DNA of 31,002 nucleotides from Methanobacteriota archaeon (GTDB lineage: Archaea; Hydrothermarchaeota; Hydrothermarchaeia; Hydrothermarchaeales; JACRDW01). Under the pieces are notes generated by a model, which worked only from the letters and a program-made list of their open reading frames with translations, was not told the DNA's origin and did no database searches. Position numbers and translations under genes: made by a program. Positions 9,288 through 18,071 of this stretch are shown here, in pieces; the stretch's first letter is position 1, and every line of letters starts with the position of its first letter. Location of the stretch: NCBI GenBank assembly GCA_043820925.1, contig JBDRDL010000055.1, positions 1 to 31,002 on the forward strand. Direction: 5' to 3'.

Positions 9288-10601
9288 CTAGAACAACTTC
9301 TCCAGTTTCCCTGCCTTCTCCAGCAAATCGTAAGTCTGCTCGTTTGCGAGTCTGAGCACTTTTTCTTCGTTGATGGTTTTTACTTCTCTGCCCTGCATTA
9401 TTACCTTTCCATCCACGATTACCGTATCAACGTCGCTGCCGGAGGCAGCGTAAACGAGGTGCGAGATTGGATTGGTCAGCGGCGTGAGGTGCGGCTTGTT
9501 AAGGTTGAGCAGTATAACATCTGCTCTCTTACCGACCTCTATCGAGCCTATTTCTTTCTCCATGCCGAGCGCCTTTGCGCCGTTTATTGTGGCAAATTCA
9601 AGGACTTTTTCTGCAGGTACTGCAGAGGCATCCATTTTGTTAATTTTATGCAATAAAGCGCAGAGCTTCATATCCTCAAACATGTCTAAACTATTGTTGC
9701 TCGCTGCGCCGTCTGTGCCCAGAGAAACAGTAACCCCGCCTTCTATATATTCCGGCACGGGTGCAATCCCGCAGGCAATCTTCATATTGCTCGTCGGGTT
9801 GTGCGCAACCTTTACGCCGTGCTTGCTCATTATTTCTATCTCCCTTTTTGAAGCCCACGTAGAGTGTGCAGCAACTACATTAGGTCCGAGGAAGCCTATC
9901 CTCTCGAGGTACTCGAAGGGCGCAGCTCCTTTCTCCTTCTTTGAATTTTCAACCTCCTCCCTGGTTTCTGCAATGTGAATGTGTATTCCTGTGCCGCACC
10001 TGTCTGCGAGTTCCTTTGTTCTAACCAGCAATTCCTCAGAGCACGTGTACGGAGCATGGGGACCGAAAAATGCTCTGACCCTGCTTCCCTCGGCACTGTA
10101 CTTCTTTATGTTCTCCTCGACCTGTCTCAGCGCTGCTTCTGTTTTGCCCTCGCCGCCGAAATCGAACATTGCATGCGAAATAACTCCCCTTATACCGGAT
10201 TCGTTAATGCTCTTCGCAACCTCGTCTAGGAAGAAGTACATGTCGTTGAAGCAGGTTGTTCCGCTCTTAATCATCTCCACGCAGCCGAGCAAGGAGCCTG
10301 CATAAATGTGCTTTGCCTCCAGCTTGCCTTCTATCGGCCAGATTTCGTCTCTCAGCCAGTCCGTCAGCGGCACATCGTCAGCAGTGCCACGGAAGAGCGT
10401 CATTGCAAGGTGCGTATGTGTGTTTATCAAACCAGGCATCACTATTTTTTTGCTAGCGTCGATAACAATGTCTGCTTCACCCTTTATGCTCTCCCCAACC
10501 TCCACAATTCTGCCACCGTCTATCGCAACAGAAAAGTTCTTCAATATCCTCCGCCGATTGTCCATTGTTACGACGATGCCGTTCTTGATTAGAATGTCCA
10601 T
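9288..10601 (-). CDS. mtaD: 5-methylthioadenosine/S-adenosylhomocysteine (5'-deoxyadenosine) deaminase, amidohydrolase family
   Basis: PGLINTHTH, PHAPYTC, HIHIAET, AAHS, HNPTSN, LGTDGAASNN. Confidence 0.85.
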   Translation of the reverse strand: MDILIKNGIVVTMDNRRRILKNFSVAIDGGRIVEVGESIKGEADIVIDASKKIVMPGLINTHTHLAMTLFRGTADDVPLTDWLRDEIWPIEGKLEAKHIYAGSLLGCVEMIKSGTTCFNDMYFFLDEVAKSINESGIRGVISHAMFDFGGEGKTEAALRQVEENIKKYSAEGSRVRAFFGPHAPYTCSEELLVRTKELADRCGTGIHIHIAETREEVENSKKEKGAAPFEYLERIGFLGPNVVAAHSTWASKREIEIMSKHGVKVAHNPTSNMKIACGIAPVPEYIEGGVTVSLGTDGAASNNSLDMFEDMKLCALLHKINKMDASAVPAEKVLEFATINGAKALGMEKEIGSIEVGKRADVILLNLNKPHLTPLTNPISHLVYAASGSDVDTVIVDGKVIMQGREVKTINEEKVLRLANEQTYDLLEKAGKLEKLF

Positions 10602-10644
10602 GCTTTAAAGGGATATCCTAAACCTAAATAAAAGTTGTGGTATC

Positions 10645-11364
10645 ATGCTGGTAATTCCTGCCCTCGATTTGAAAGATAAAAAATGCGTTCGTTTAATTCA
10701 GGGCGACCCTGAAAGAAAAACAATCGAACTTGAAAATCCTCTTGAGATAGCAAAAAACTGGGAAAGCCTTGGAGCGCCTCGCCTGCACCTCGTTGATTTA
10801 GACGGTGCGATAGGCGGCACGAGAAAGAATGAGTCGATTGTAAGAGAGATTATCGGAGAGCTTACCATACCTGTGCAGTTTGGGGGAGGGATAAGAAGCC
10901 TCGAGGATGCACGGCTTTTCCTGGACGCCGGAGCCGCAAAGGTCGTCCTCGGTACCATAGCGATTCAAAAGCCTGAAATAATCGAAAAACTAGCAGAGAA
11001 ATACGGTAGAGAAAGGATAATCATTGCCCTAGATTCGAGGAACGGCAGGGTCGTGATTAAGGGCTGGACTGAAAGGACAGGGATAAAAGCTGCAGAAATT
11101 GTTAGGAAATTTGAAAAAAATGCGAGCGAGGTTCTGTTTACCAATGTGGACGTGGAGGGGATGATGAAGGGCATTGATGAAAAGGCAGTAAAAGAGATGG
11201 TTGACTCTACTTCTCTCGGAGTAATTGTTTCTGGCGGCATTGCCTCTCTCAAAGATATCGAAAAAATTAAGAAGTTCGGCGCTAAGGGCGTCGTAATAGG
11301 CTCTGCCTTGTATACCGGAAAGATAAATTACAGAGAGGCGCTGAGTGCTGGAATAGGGCAATAA
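10645..11364 (+). CDS. hisA: ProFAR isomerase
   Basis: IPALDL..KCVRL.QG, LHLVDLDGA, QFGGGIR, SGGI, GSALY. Confidence 0.95.
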   Translation: MLVIPALDLKDKKCVRLIQGDPERKTIELENPLEIAKNWESLGAPRLHLVDLDGAIGGTRKNESIVREIIGELTIPVQFGGGIRSLEDARLFLDAGAAKVVLGTIAIQKPEIIEKLAEKYGRERIIIALDSRNGRVVIKGWTERTGIKAAEIVRKFEKNASEVLFTNVDVEGMMKGIDEKAVKEMVDSTSLGVIVSGGIASLKDIEKIKKFGAKGVVIGSALYTGKINYREALSAGIGQ

Positions 11365-11409
11365 GTTTAATATGGCTGAAAATTCTTGACTAATAAATGG
11401 AGAATACAT

Positions 11410-11979
11410 ATGCGCACCTCAACCATAGCTCGAAAAACAAAGGAAACTGACGTAAAGCTCTCGCTAAACATCGACGGCAGGGGAAATTACAACATACGTA
11501 CAGACATAAAATTCTTTAACCATCTTTTGTCCAGTTTTGCGAAGCACGGCTCATTCGATTTGAAGCTAAAAGCGAGTGGAGACAACGAGCACCACGTTGT
11601 TGAAGACGTCGCTATCGCTCTGGGCGAGGCATTTAAAAGAGCATTGGGTAGCAAGCGGGGCATTCGCAGGTTCGGTTTTGCGATTGTTCCGATGGACGAC
11701 GTTCTCCTGCTCAGCGCCATCGACATTGGTGGAAGAGCGTACTCTTCAATAGGCGTGAAATTCAGGCGCAAGAAAATCGAGGACTTAAGCGCTGAGATGA
11801 TTTCCCACTTCCTGGCGACTTTTGTCTCTGAGAGCAGAATAAACCTGCATGCAAAGCTGCTCGAAGGCAGGAACGAGCACCACATAGCTGAAGCATTATT
11901 CAAATCTCTGGCGCTCTCGCTGAGAGACGCGTGCACGATAGCGGGCAGAGGAATACCGAGCACGAAGGGAGTGGTTTAG
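11410..11979 (+). CDS. hisB: Imidazoleglycerol-phosphate dehydratase
   Basis: RKTKETD, NEHHVVEDVAI, PMDD, NEHHIAEALFK, PSTKG; ATG 11410. Confidence 0.95.
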   Translation: MRTSTIARKTKETDVKLSLNIDGRGNYNIRTDIKFFNHLLSSFAKHGSFDLKLKASGDNEHHVVEDVAIALGEAFKRALGSKRGIRRFGFAIVPMDDVLLLSAIDIGGRAYSSIGVKFRRKKIEDLSAEMISHFLATFVSESRINLHAKLLEGRNEHHIAEALFKSLALSLRDACTIAGRGIPSTKGVV

Positions 11980-12102
11980 CCCCCTGCTTTCTAAGTCAAG
12001 ACAACATGTAGTATAGGGGAAAATTTTTATACAATAAAAATAACGTAATACTTAAATAAAATATATGCGACGTAGCATTAGTGCTAACTTGGAGGTAGAG
12101 AG

Positions 12103-13008
12103 ACGAAGAACAAAATATACAGTAGGGCTATAATTGCAATTGCCATTGCAGTGATTTTCATTAGTTTTGGGTGTTTGAGTAGTGAGACAGATAGTACTAA
12201 AAAAGAGTACGAAAAGGTCACTGACATGCATATTGATGTCAATATAAAAAGTTTGAAGGAAGAAAAGGGAATGAAGAGTTATTTAGTATATTATAGCGAT
12301 GTGGTAAATGCATTTCTGGGGGGAGAAAATTTCGAAGTATTCGCTTCCATTACGATTTATTGCACCAATCAAACACGCGGGGGTATGAGCCAACATCCTG
12401 ATTACATTTATCTTGAAAGTATAAAAAAAGGAACTAACATTTCAAATGCGAATATTATAAGGGTGGATGTTCTGGGTTATTACAACATTTTGGAACATTT
12501 GAAGCAAAACTTCAGTTTTTATGAGTATGTGAAAGATTATAAGTATATGGAAGAAGGAAAAGGATATAGGCGAATACGTGATAACTATCCTCCTCCAATC
12601 GTTATAGCCAGAGCTGAAATTAAAGACCCTGACAGTCCTTGTTATGAGGACTACCAAATTCCGATTACAAATAAAACTTTTAGAAAAATGCTTGACACGG
12701 ACGCTTATGCTTTCAATATTACTGTTGTGTTGATTGATGGGAGAATATTTAATCATACTACCGTAAGGACTTCTATACTTAATGCTGGAGTTGGATGTCG
12801 AATTCCAAAAGCATTTCGTATCGGAGGAGAATGGATACGTGCAGAGGAGATGATATTAAATTTAACCGAAAGTGACGTGAAGGAGACATATCCGTCGTGC
12901 CTCCAATGGTACAAATGGCTAAAAATAGATAAGTATTGGAAGGCTGAATACAAAAGAGCAGAGGAGGCACTGGAAAAAGAAAAGGGTATCGAGAAACCGA
13001 CGCTTTAA
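12103..13008 (+). CDS. Putative lipoprotein, orphan (apparent ACG start; first canonical start GTG 12151)
   Basis: SD GGAGGT 12091-12096, then in-frame ACG-KNKIYSRAIIAIAIAVIFISFGC: basic N-region, hydrophobic core and lipobox Cys. Confidence 0.7.
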   Translation, partial: TKNKIYSRAIIAIAIAVIFISFGCLSSETDSTKKEYEKVTDMHIDVNIKSLKEEKGMKSYLVYYSDVVNAFLGGENFEVFASITIYCTNQTRGGMSQHPDYIYLESIKKGTNISNANIIRVDVLGYYNILEHLKQNFSFYEYVKDYKYMEEGKGYRRIRDNYPPPIVIARAEIKDPDSPCYEDYQIPITNKTFRKMLDTDAYAFNITVVLIDGRIFNHTTVRTSILNAGVGCRIPKAFRIGGEWIRAEEMILNLTESDVKETYPSCLQWYKWLKIDKYWKAEYKRAEEALEKEKGIEKPTL

Positions 13009-13053
13009 AATCAATTTTTAAATTTGCCATACAACTAGATAAGAGGTGGTAAA

Positions 13054-13221
13054 ATGGAGGAAGATGTTTTTTGTCCAACATGCGGAAATAAACTTGAGAT
13101 AAAAGGCAAGAGAGGCAGACGTTTAACAAAAATCACGGTGGGGGCCAGAGAAGGAGAGCCTGATTTTGAAAAGAAATGTTCAAAATGTGGTGTCGGTTTG
13201 TACATGTATTTTGAACAGTAA
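13054..13221 (+). CDS. Small CPxCG-type zinc-ribbon protein (55 aa), not in ORF track
   Basis: MEEDVFCPTCGNKLEI...KKCSKCGVGLYMYFEQ*; SD GAGGTG upstream. Confidence 0.75.
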   Translation: MEEDVFCPTCGNKLEIKGKRGRRLTKITVGAREGEPDFEKKCSKCGVGLYMYFEQ

Positions 13222-13349
13222 TAGAGTACATCGCGTCATAGTAACAAACAGTTTATAAGTGTAATCTTTATTAGCCTCGCCACTTCTCCCCTGTCCTCTC
13301 GCCAAACTTTTTTAAATGTTAAACAAAGATGTTCTAGTTAGGTGAGCTG

Positions 13350-13580
13350 ATGATTGATTCTGATGCAAACAGATTGGCTCATGAAATTCTAAAAGAGCAC
13401 AAAAATAAAATTAAGGGAACGGGCATAGCGGCAATTGACATAGAGGAAAGGAAGATACTCGAAGTCGTAAAGGAGAGCGAGACTCTGTCTTTGCTCCAGA
13501 AGCTGAGCAAGGAATATTCAAACCGCAGGATTTATCTTCTGAAAACCGACGCCAAAAGTCCTGTTGTCTGGTCGAGATGA
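13350..13580 (+). CDS. Small protein resembling DUF5678-like partners of retropepsin-like proteases
   Basis: 76 aa, 'G..AIDIE....K.Y..RRIYL' pattern, SD AGGTGA, ATGA overlap with next gene. Confidence 0.65.
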   Translation: MIDSDANRLAHEILKEHKNKIKGTGIAAIDIEERKILEVVKESETLSLLQKLSKEYSNRRIYLLKTDAKSPVVWSR

Positions 13581-13936
13581 TGGAGTACAAGTACTCTGAT
13601 GGCATGCCCTTAGCACCTGTCGAGATTGTAAATCCTTTCAACAACTCTCGAACGAAGCAGCTTGCCCTCGTAGATTCTGGCTCGGACTGGTGTTCTCTGC
13701 CTAAGGAACTGTGGGACAAGCTTGAGTTCAAAGAGCTGGGGTTTTTAGAGCTGGGAACTCCATTGGGATGGTACGAGGCTGGTTTTACTTGGTGCAAGAT
13801 AAAGCTCGCTGGCAAAGAGATTTCTGTGGAAGTCCACTACAGCCTTGCTCCTGAAATTTTAATTGGGCGAAATGCTATGAAGCATTTTGTGATTACCTTC
13901 GACGGCAAGAGGGAAAAGCTTGAGATAAAGGATTAA
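13577..13936 (+). CDS. Clan AA (retropepsin-like) aspartyl protease
   Basis: ALVDSGSD catalytic motif and ILIGRN C-terminal motif, single-domain size (119 aa). Confidence 0.85.
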   Translation: MMEYKYSDGMPLAPVEIVNPFNNSRTKQLALVDSGSDWCSLPKELWDKLEFKELGFLELGTPLGWYEAGFTWCKIKLAGKEISVEVHYSLAPEILIGRNAMKHFVITFDGKREKLEIKD

Positions 13937-13959
13937 ATCACTTTTCTGGTGACAAAAAA

Positions 13960-14094
13960 ATGGAACTAGAGAAAGTCATTACTATTACTGAGATGAGCCT
14001 CAGCGTGGACTTCGCTCTGGTAAAGCATAAATCTGAAAAGAGCCCGATGTTAGAGCTGCAAGGCACCGCTGCCGAAGAAGTATTAGTAATGTGA
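13960..14094 (+). CDS. Possible 44-aa orphan ORF
   Basis: GGTGA upstream of ATG 13960; MELEKVITITEMSLSVDFALV...EEVLVM*; no motif. Confidence 0.3.
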   Translation: MELEKVITITEMSLSVDFALVKHKSEKSPMLELQGTAAEEVLVM

Positions 14095-14132
14095 GAGGGC
14101 GTCTCTCGCTTTTTAGCCCTATGCCCTCTCAC
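14091..14132 (+). terminator. GC-rich stem-loop upstream of cdc6 promoter
   Basis: GTGAGAGGGC (14091-14100) and GCCCTCTCAC (14123-14132) form a perfect 10-bp inverted repeat. Confidence 0.45.
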
Positions 14133-14177
14133 CTATCCAAACAAAAGTTTTATACTTAGCAAGATAGACTATTGGAC

Positions 14178-15302
14178 ATGGGGAAGTTTTTCAAAGAAAC
14201 ACTCGGCTATGAAGAAACCTTATTCCAGGATGAGAGGTACTTCGACTTAGACTATATACCCAAGGACTTCAACTACCGCGATGCCCAGCTGCGGAGCATA
14301 GAGATGTGCCTGAGACCTGCGCTTCGAGGAGGGAGACCGCTCAATGCCAGACTTATCGGTCCGCCCGCAACCGGAAAGACAACTGCAATAAAGCTGATGT
14401 TCAGTGAAATTAGGGAAAAAACAGACAGGGTAGCCTGCGTGCATGTGAACTGTCAGATACATGCTTCGAAATTCGCTGTTTTTTCACAGGTGCATAAAGA
14501 AGCTCTCGGGCACTTGCCCCCGGAAACAGGAGTTCCTTTCCCAAAGGTTTATGAAGCGATATTCAAGAAGCTTGCAAAGGAGAACAAAAGTTTAGTTGTA
14601 GCTCTGGACGATATGAACTACTTATTCTACGACAGGCATGCAAATGAGATAATCTATGATGTACTGAGGGCACATGAGGTATTTCCTGGAGCAAAAACCG
14701 CAGTTTTTGGAATCCTATCGGACGTGGACTTTAACTACAAGCTGGACGCTAAAGTGAGCTCAACCTTCAGGCCCCAAGAGATTTTTTTTCAACCTTACAC
14801 CAAAAGCGAAATAGTGAGCATACTAAAAGACAGGGCAAAATCCGGATTTTTCCCTAGAGTAATTTCTGACAGGGTTGTAGAAAAGGTGGCTGAGTATGCA
14901 TTTTCGCAGGCAGATTTGAGGGTAGGAATCGAATTGCTGAGGAAGAGTGCGCTAATCGCAGAATCAGAAGCTTCCAGAAAAATAAAGGAGGAGCACGTAG
15001 AGAAAGCCTACGGCAACGCCAGGCTCGTAAATCTGAAATATCTGCTGAAGTCTCTGAATCCGGAGGAAATAGAATTGGTAGAGCTACTAGCAGGGAGCGA
15101 GAGAATAGACTCCGGCAGACTTTACGAAGCCTTCAAGAAAAAAACCAAGCAGAGCTACACCAAGTTCTACAGAATTTTGGACAAGTTGGAATCTGTCAGA
15201 CTCGTAGATACCAAATTCACAGGCAAGGGGAAGAAAGGGAGAACGAGGAGTATACTGCCTCGGTACGAAAAAGCTGAAATACTGAATGCTCTCGGTAAGT
15301 GA
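14178..15302 (+). CDS. cdc6: Orc1/Cdc6 family replication initiator
   Basis: Walker [14 protein letters not shown], Walker B VVALDD, FQPY, DLR, C-terminal wHTH; TATA TTTTATA ~14147 suggests a leaderless ATG at 14178. Confidence 0.92.
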   Translation: MGKFFKETLGYEETLFQDERYFDLDYIPKDFNYRDAQLRSIEMCLRPALRGGRPLNARLIGPPATGKTTAIKLMFSEIREKTDRVACVHVNCQIHASKFAVFSQVHKEALGHLPPETGVPFPKVYEAIFKKLAKENKSLVVALDDMNYLFYDRHANEIIYDVLRAHEVFPGAKTAVFGILSDVDFNYKLDAKVSSTFRPQEIFFQPYTKSEIVSILKDRAKSGFFPRVISDRVVEKVAEYAFSQADLRVGIELLRKSALIAESEASRKIKEEHVEKAYGNARLVNLKYLLKSLNPEEIELVELLAGSERIDSGRLYEAFKKKTKQSYTKFYRILDKLESVRLVDTKFTGKGKKGRTRSILPRYEKAEILNALGK

Positions 15303-15303
15303 T

Positions 15304-15819
15304 ATGAAGGTTGTAGTTCTCAGGCTAGGGCACCGCTACATAAGAGACAAGCGCATCTCAACGCACGTAGCGCTTGTAGCCAGAGCATTTGGGGCTAATG
15401 GAATCGTGATGTCTGCAAGGGACGAAAGCATCGAGGAAAGCGTTCGTAAAATTACAGAGAGGTGGGGCGGAGATTTTTTTGTCGCCTGCGAAGACTGGAA
15501 GAAATTTATAAAATCTTGGAACGGCATAATAGTGCACCTTACTATGTACGGCATTCCGATAGACGAGACAGTCAAAGAAATAAGAAAAGCAAAGAAAGAC
15601 ATTCTGGTAGTCGTGGGCTCGGAGAAGGTCCCCGGGGAGATATTCAAACTTGCGAATTATAATGTTGCAGTTGGAAATCAGCCGCACAGCGAGGTTGCTG
15701 CTCTTGCAATTTTTCTGGACAGATTCTTTGGGGGGGAAGAGCTAAAGAAGAAATTTGAAGGAAAAATGAAAATCCTGCCTTCAAAGGACTCAAAAAAGGT
15801 TTTTTCCCCAAAAATTTAA
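15304..15819 (+). CDS. trm56: tRNA (cytidine56-2'-O)-methyltransferase
   Basis: [53 protein letters not shown]. Confidence 0.95.
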   Translation: MKVVVLRLGHRYIRDKRISTHVALVARAFGANGIVMSARDESIEESVRKITERWGGDFFVACEDWKKFIKSWNGIIVHLTMYGIPIDETVKEIRKAKKDILVVVGSEKVPGEIFKLANYNVAVGNQPHSEVAALAIFLDRFFGGEELKKKFEGKMKILPSKDSKKVFSPKI

Positions 15820-15908
15820 TAATTAGTTGCGACAATATATACAATTGCCAAGCAACAAGTTGCTTGGCAAGCCAGTTCAGACTTACGTCTTCACTGGGGG
15901 CGCATTCA

Positions 15909-16427
15909 TTGAACAACGGAAAATCTGTTTTGAGCGATAAAGAGGCAAAGCAGTTTTTGCAAGAGATAGTAGGTGAAGAAGGGTTAGATGTGGTCAGGGC
16001 TCTCATCGACAGGGAAGCAACCGATGAGGAGCTTGCAGAAGAAACTGGACTAAAACTGAATATGGTCAGAAAAATGCTTTACAAGCTCTACGACTACAGG
16101 CTGGCATCTTACGTAAGGACCAAGGACAAGGAAATCGGATGGTACATTTATACCTGGAAGTTAGACTTGACCAGGGTTTTTGAAATACTCGCAGTGCGAA
16201 AAAGGAGAATTTTAGAAGAACTGGCCAAGAAACTGGAATTCGAAACCACGCACGTATTTTTCGGCTGCAAGAAGGACAACTCGAAGGTTCCATTCGATAT
16301 AGCCAGCGAAACGAATTTTAAGTGCCCGCAGTGCGATGCGATAATGGACTTTGCAGACAACAGCGGTACTGTCGCTAGCTTAGAAGAGGAAATAACCCGA
16401 CTCAAGAAGGAGATTAAAAGCTATTAG
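15909..16427 (+). CDS. tfe: Transcription factor E (alpha)
   Basis: TDEELAEETG...VRKMLYKLY, RTKDKEIGWYIYTW, FKCPQC Zn ribbon; start uncertain (TTG 15909 chosen). Confidence 0.92.
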   Translation: MNNGKSVLSDKEAKQFLQEIVGEEGLDVVRALIDREATDEELAEETGLKLNMVRKMLYKLYDYRLASYVRTKDKEIGWYIYTWKLDLTRVFEILAVRKRRILEELAKKLEFETTHVFFGCKKDNSKVPFDIASETNFKCPQCDAIMDFADNSGTVASLEEEITRLKKEIKSY

Positions 16428-16506
16428 TAAGCTGCTTGGGGGTGTCGGCGGAAGTTGGTCATTCGTCCCGGCAATCCAGAAAAGCTTGACCAACGACGCT
16501 GACATA

Positions 16507-16579
16507 TGGGCCCGGGCGGATTCGGACCGCCGACCTCCACGTTGTAAGCGTGGCGTCATAACCACTAGACCACGAGCCC
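16507..16579 (-). tRNA. tRNA-Val (anticodon TAC), T-loop variant UCCGAAU
   Basis: Reverse complement GGGCTCGTGGTCTAGTGGTTATGACGCCACGCTTACAACGTGGAGGTCGGCGGTCCGAATCCGCCCGGGCCCA folds into a cloverleaf; no CCA encoded. Confidence 0.93.
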
Positions 16580-16761
16580 ATATAACCCTTTCTTTAGAAA
16601 GTAGAAAGGTCTATCACCCCAAAGAAAATTTTTAACGATTGTAATTTTTTCCCGAGGGCTTTTATGGGGGGAGGGGACCTATGGGATGAAATAGAAAAGT
16701 AGTAATTTTCCTCCCATAGGCGTAGGTATAGTTGCAATCTTATAGTATATAAGTTTTACTG

Positions 16762-16774
16762 AGCGTCGGGGACG
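16762..16774. repeat. Distal att copy (13-bp duplication of tRNA-Ser 3' end plus 2 nt)
   Basis: Identical to 20603-20615; lies within the perfect palindrome GAGCGTC-GGG-GACGCTC (16761-16777). Confidence 0.78.
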
Positions 16775-16870
16775 CTCGCCTAGAGAAAGATCATCCGACG
16801 CTGATAGAAGCAGAGGAACGAAACGAGCATGGAAGAACAAGGATTTTGCGTTTGGCGGGGCGTGGAAAGG

Positions 16871-16907
16871 TATTTAAACTTTAGTTTCCATATGGATACT
16901 TTAGTTT
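16871..16907 (+). promoter_or_regulatory. Promoter and putative autorepression operator of MNT-HEPN operon
   Basis: TATA-like TATTTAAA 16871-16878; imperfect palindrome AGTTTCCATATGGATACT 16883-16900; direct repeat ACTTTAGTTT x2. Confidence 0.5.
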
Positions 16908-16918
16908 ATGGTGATGAT

Positions 16919-17509
16919 ATGCTGTTCCGCAGGTATCTGGAAATGCTTCTCGGCTCGAAAGTCAAGGTCAAGGTGCTCAGAACGCTATGGAAGCACAAAG
17001 AGAAGGAGTTCACGATAAGGGAGCTGGGAAGCTTTCTGAAAATATCCCACATGGGCATCAGAAAAGTCCTGGCGGACCTGGAAAGAGCTAACGCTGTTAA
17101 AATAATGGCTGTTGGAAGGTCCCATACGATTAAGCTCAATAAAGAAGGTTATGCCGCAGCCATCGTAGAAAAAATTTTCAGGCTTGAAGAGGAAACCTTG
17201 GGCGAGCTGCTCAAAATGCTCAAAAAAAAACTGTGCATGCCGGAAGTGAAATCCGCTACTCTTTTCGGGAGCGTTGCGCGGGGCGAAGAATCGCCATTCA
17301 GCGATGTTGACATTTTCATATTAACCAACGAAAGAGAGAAAGTAGAGAAGGCAGTTTTGCAGCTCCAGAGGGAAGTCGCGCTGAAGTTCGGAAACGCTCT
17401 AGCGCCTTACTACCTCTCGGAAGACGAATTCGTTAAAAAGAAAGACACGCCAGCAGTAAGACAAATCCTCCGCAGCCACGTGCTCATATGCGGAAAACCC
17501 TTGGGGTGA
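16919..17509 (+). CDS. wHTH + minimal nucleotidyltransferase (MNT) antitoxin
   Basis: N-terminal HTH (FTIRELG..LKISH.GIRK.L), LFGSVARGE...SDVDIF; SD GGTGA before ATG 16919. Confidence 0.88.
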   Translation: MLFRRYLEMLLGSKVKVKVLRTLWKHKEKEFTIRELGSFLKISHMGIRKVLADLERANAVKIMAVGRSHTIKLNKEGYAAAIVEKIFRLEEETLGELLKMLKKKLCMPEVKSATLFGSVARGEESPFSDVDIFILTNEREKVEKAVLQLQREVALKFGNALAPYYLSEDEFVKKKDTPAVRQILRSHVLICGKPLG

Positions 17510-17513
17510 GACA

Positions 17514-17918
17514 GTGGCAATGAGAACAAGACATGTAGATAAATCGCTCTTCAGAAACTATCTGAAAAAAGCTGGAGAAAGCCTTGATAGCGCAAAAGAG
17601 TGCCTGGAAAAAGGAAGGTGGAATTCAGCGGTGATTAATGCGGTGCACTGCGGAATAAGCGCCTGCGATGCTCTTACCGTTTTCAAGATAGGCGTGAGGC
17701 ATGCGGGAGAAAGGCACGAAGATGCCATCACGCTGCTCGAGAGCCTAGAGCTTCCGAAAGACGTTTTATCGAGCAAGGGGAGGCAGCTGAGCAGGCTGCT
17801 TGGAATAAAGAACGCGGCGGAGTACGAAGAAAGGCTGATGGATGAGAGCGAGGCGAGGGAGGCTGTGAGGGATGCGGAAAGATTCTTCAGATGGGTCGAA
17901 GAGCTGTTGAGCGCATGA
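17514..17918 (+). CDS. HEPN domain protein (toxin partner)
   Basis: YLKKA.E.L..A...L..GRWNSAV..AVH, HAGERH, K.AAEY; directly downstream of MNT. Confidence 0.85.
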   Translation: MAMRTRHVDKSLFRNYLKKAGESLDSAKECLEKGRWNSAVINAVHCGISACDALTVFKIGVRHAGERHEDAITLLESLELPKDVLSSKGRQLSRLLGIKNAAEYEERLMDESEAREAVRDAERFFRWVEELLSA

Positions 17919-18071
17919 GTTTTAAGAGCATCAGCTAAGCTTATTCTCATATTTCCTCAACCATAGCCGAATGCTTGGAAAAGGAGCATAAAAAGCAGAG
18001 ACCACTTTTTAGATATGTTTCATAGGGGTTTAGTTAACGGTTGCACTATGTTAGGTTATGTTTTGTGTGGA

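Noticed and set aside
13937..14177. Replication origin next to cdc6
   Set aside because: No ORB-like TTCCAGTGGAA/G-string repeats or long AT-rich unwinding element seen; only one hairpin and a TATA box.
16443..16507. Archaeal SECIS or H/ACA guide RNA
   Set aside because: A GAA/GA loop is present but the upper stem lacks the three G-C pairs and tfe has no in-frame UGA; the ACA is too close to the internal loop and no K-turn was seen.
16810..16832. GCAGAGGAACGAA...GCATG resembling the flank and start of the structured repeat (~20761-20796)
   Set aside because: Matches are short and gapped; cannot be distinguished from chance.
16883..16900. TTCCA-TA-TGGA as an ORB element
   Set aside because: Spacing differs from the ORB core, it is single-copy, and its position just after a TATA box fits a TA operator better.
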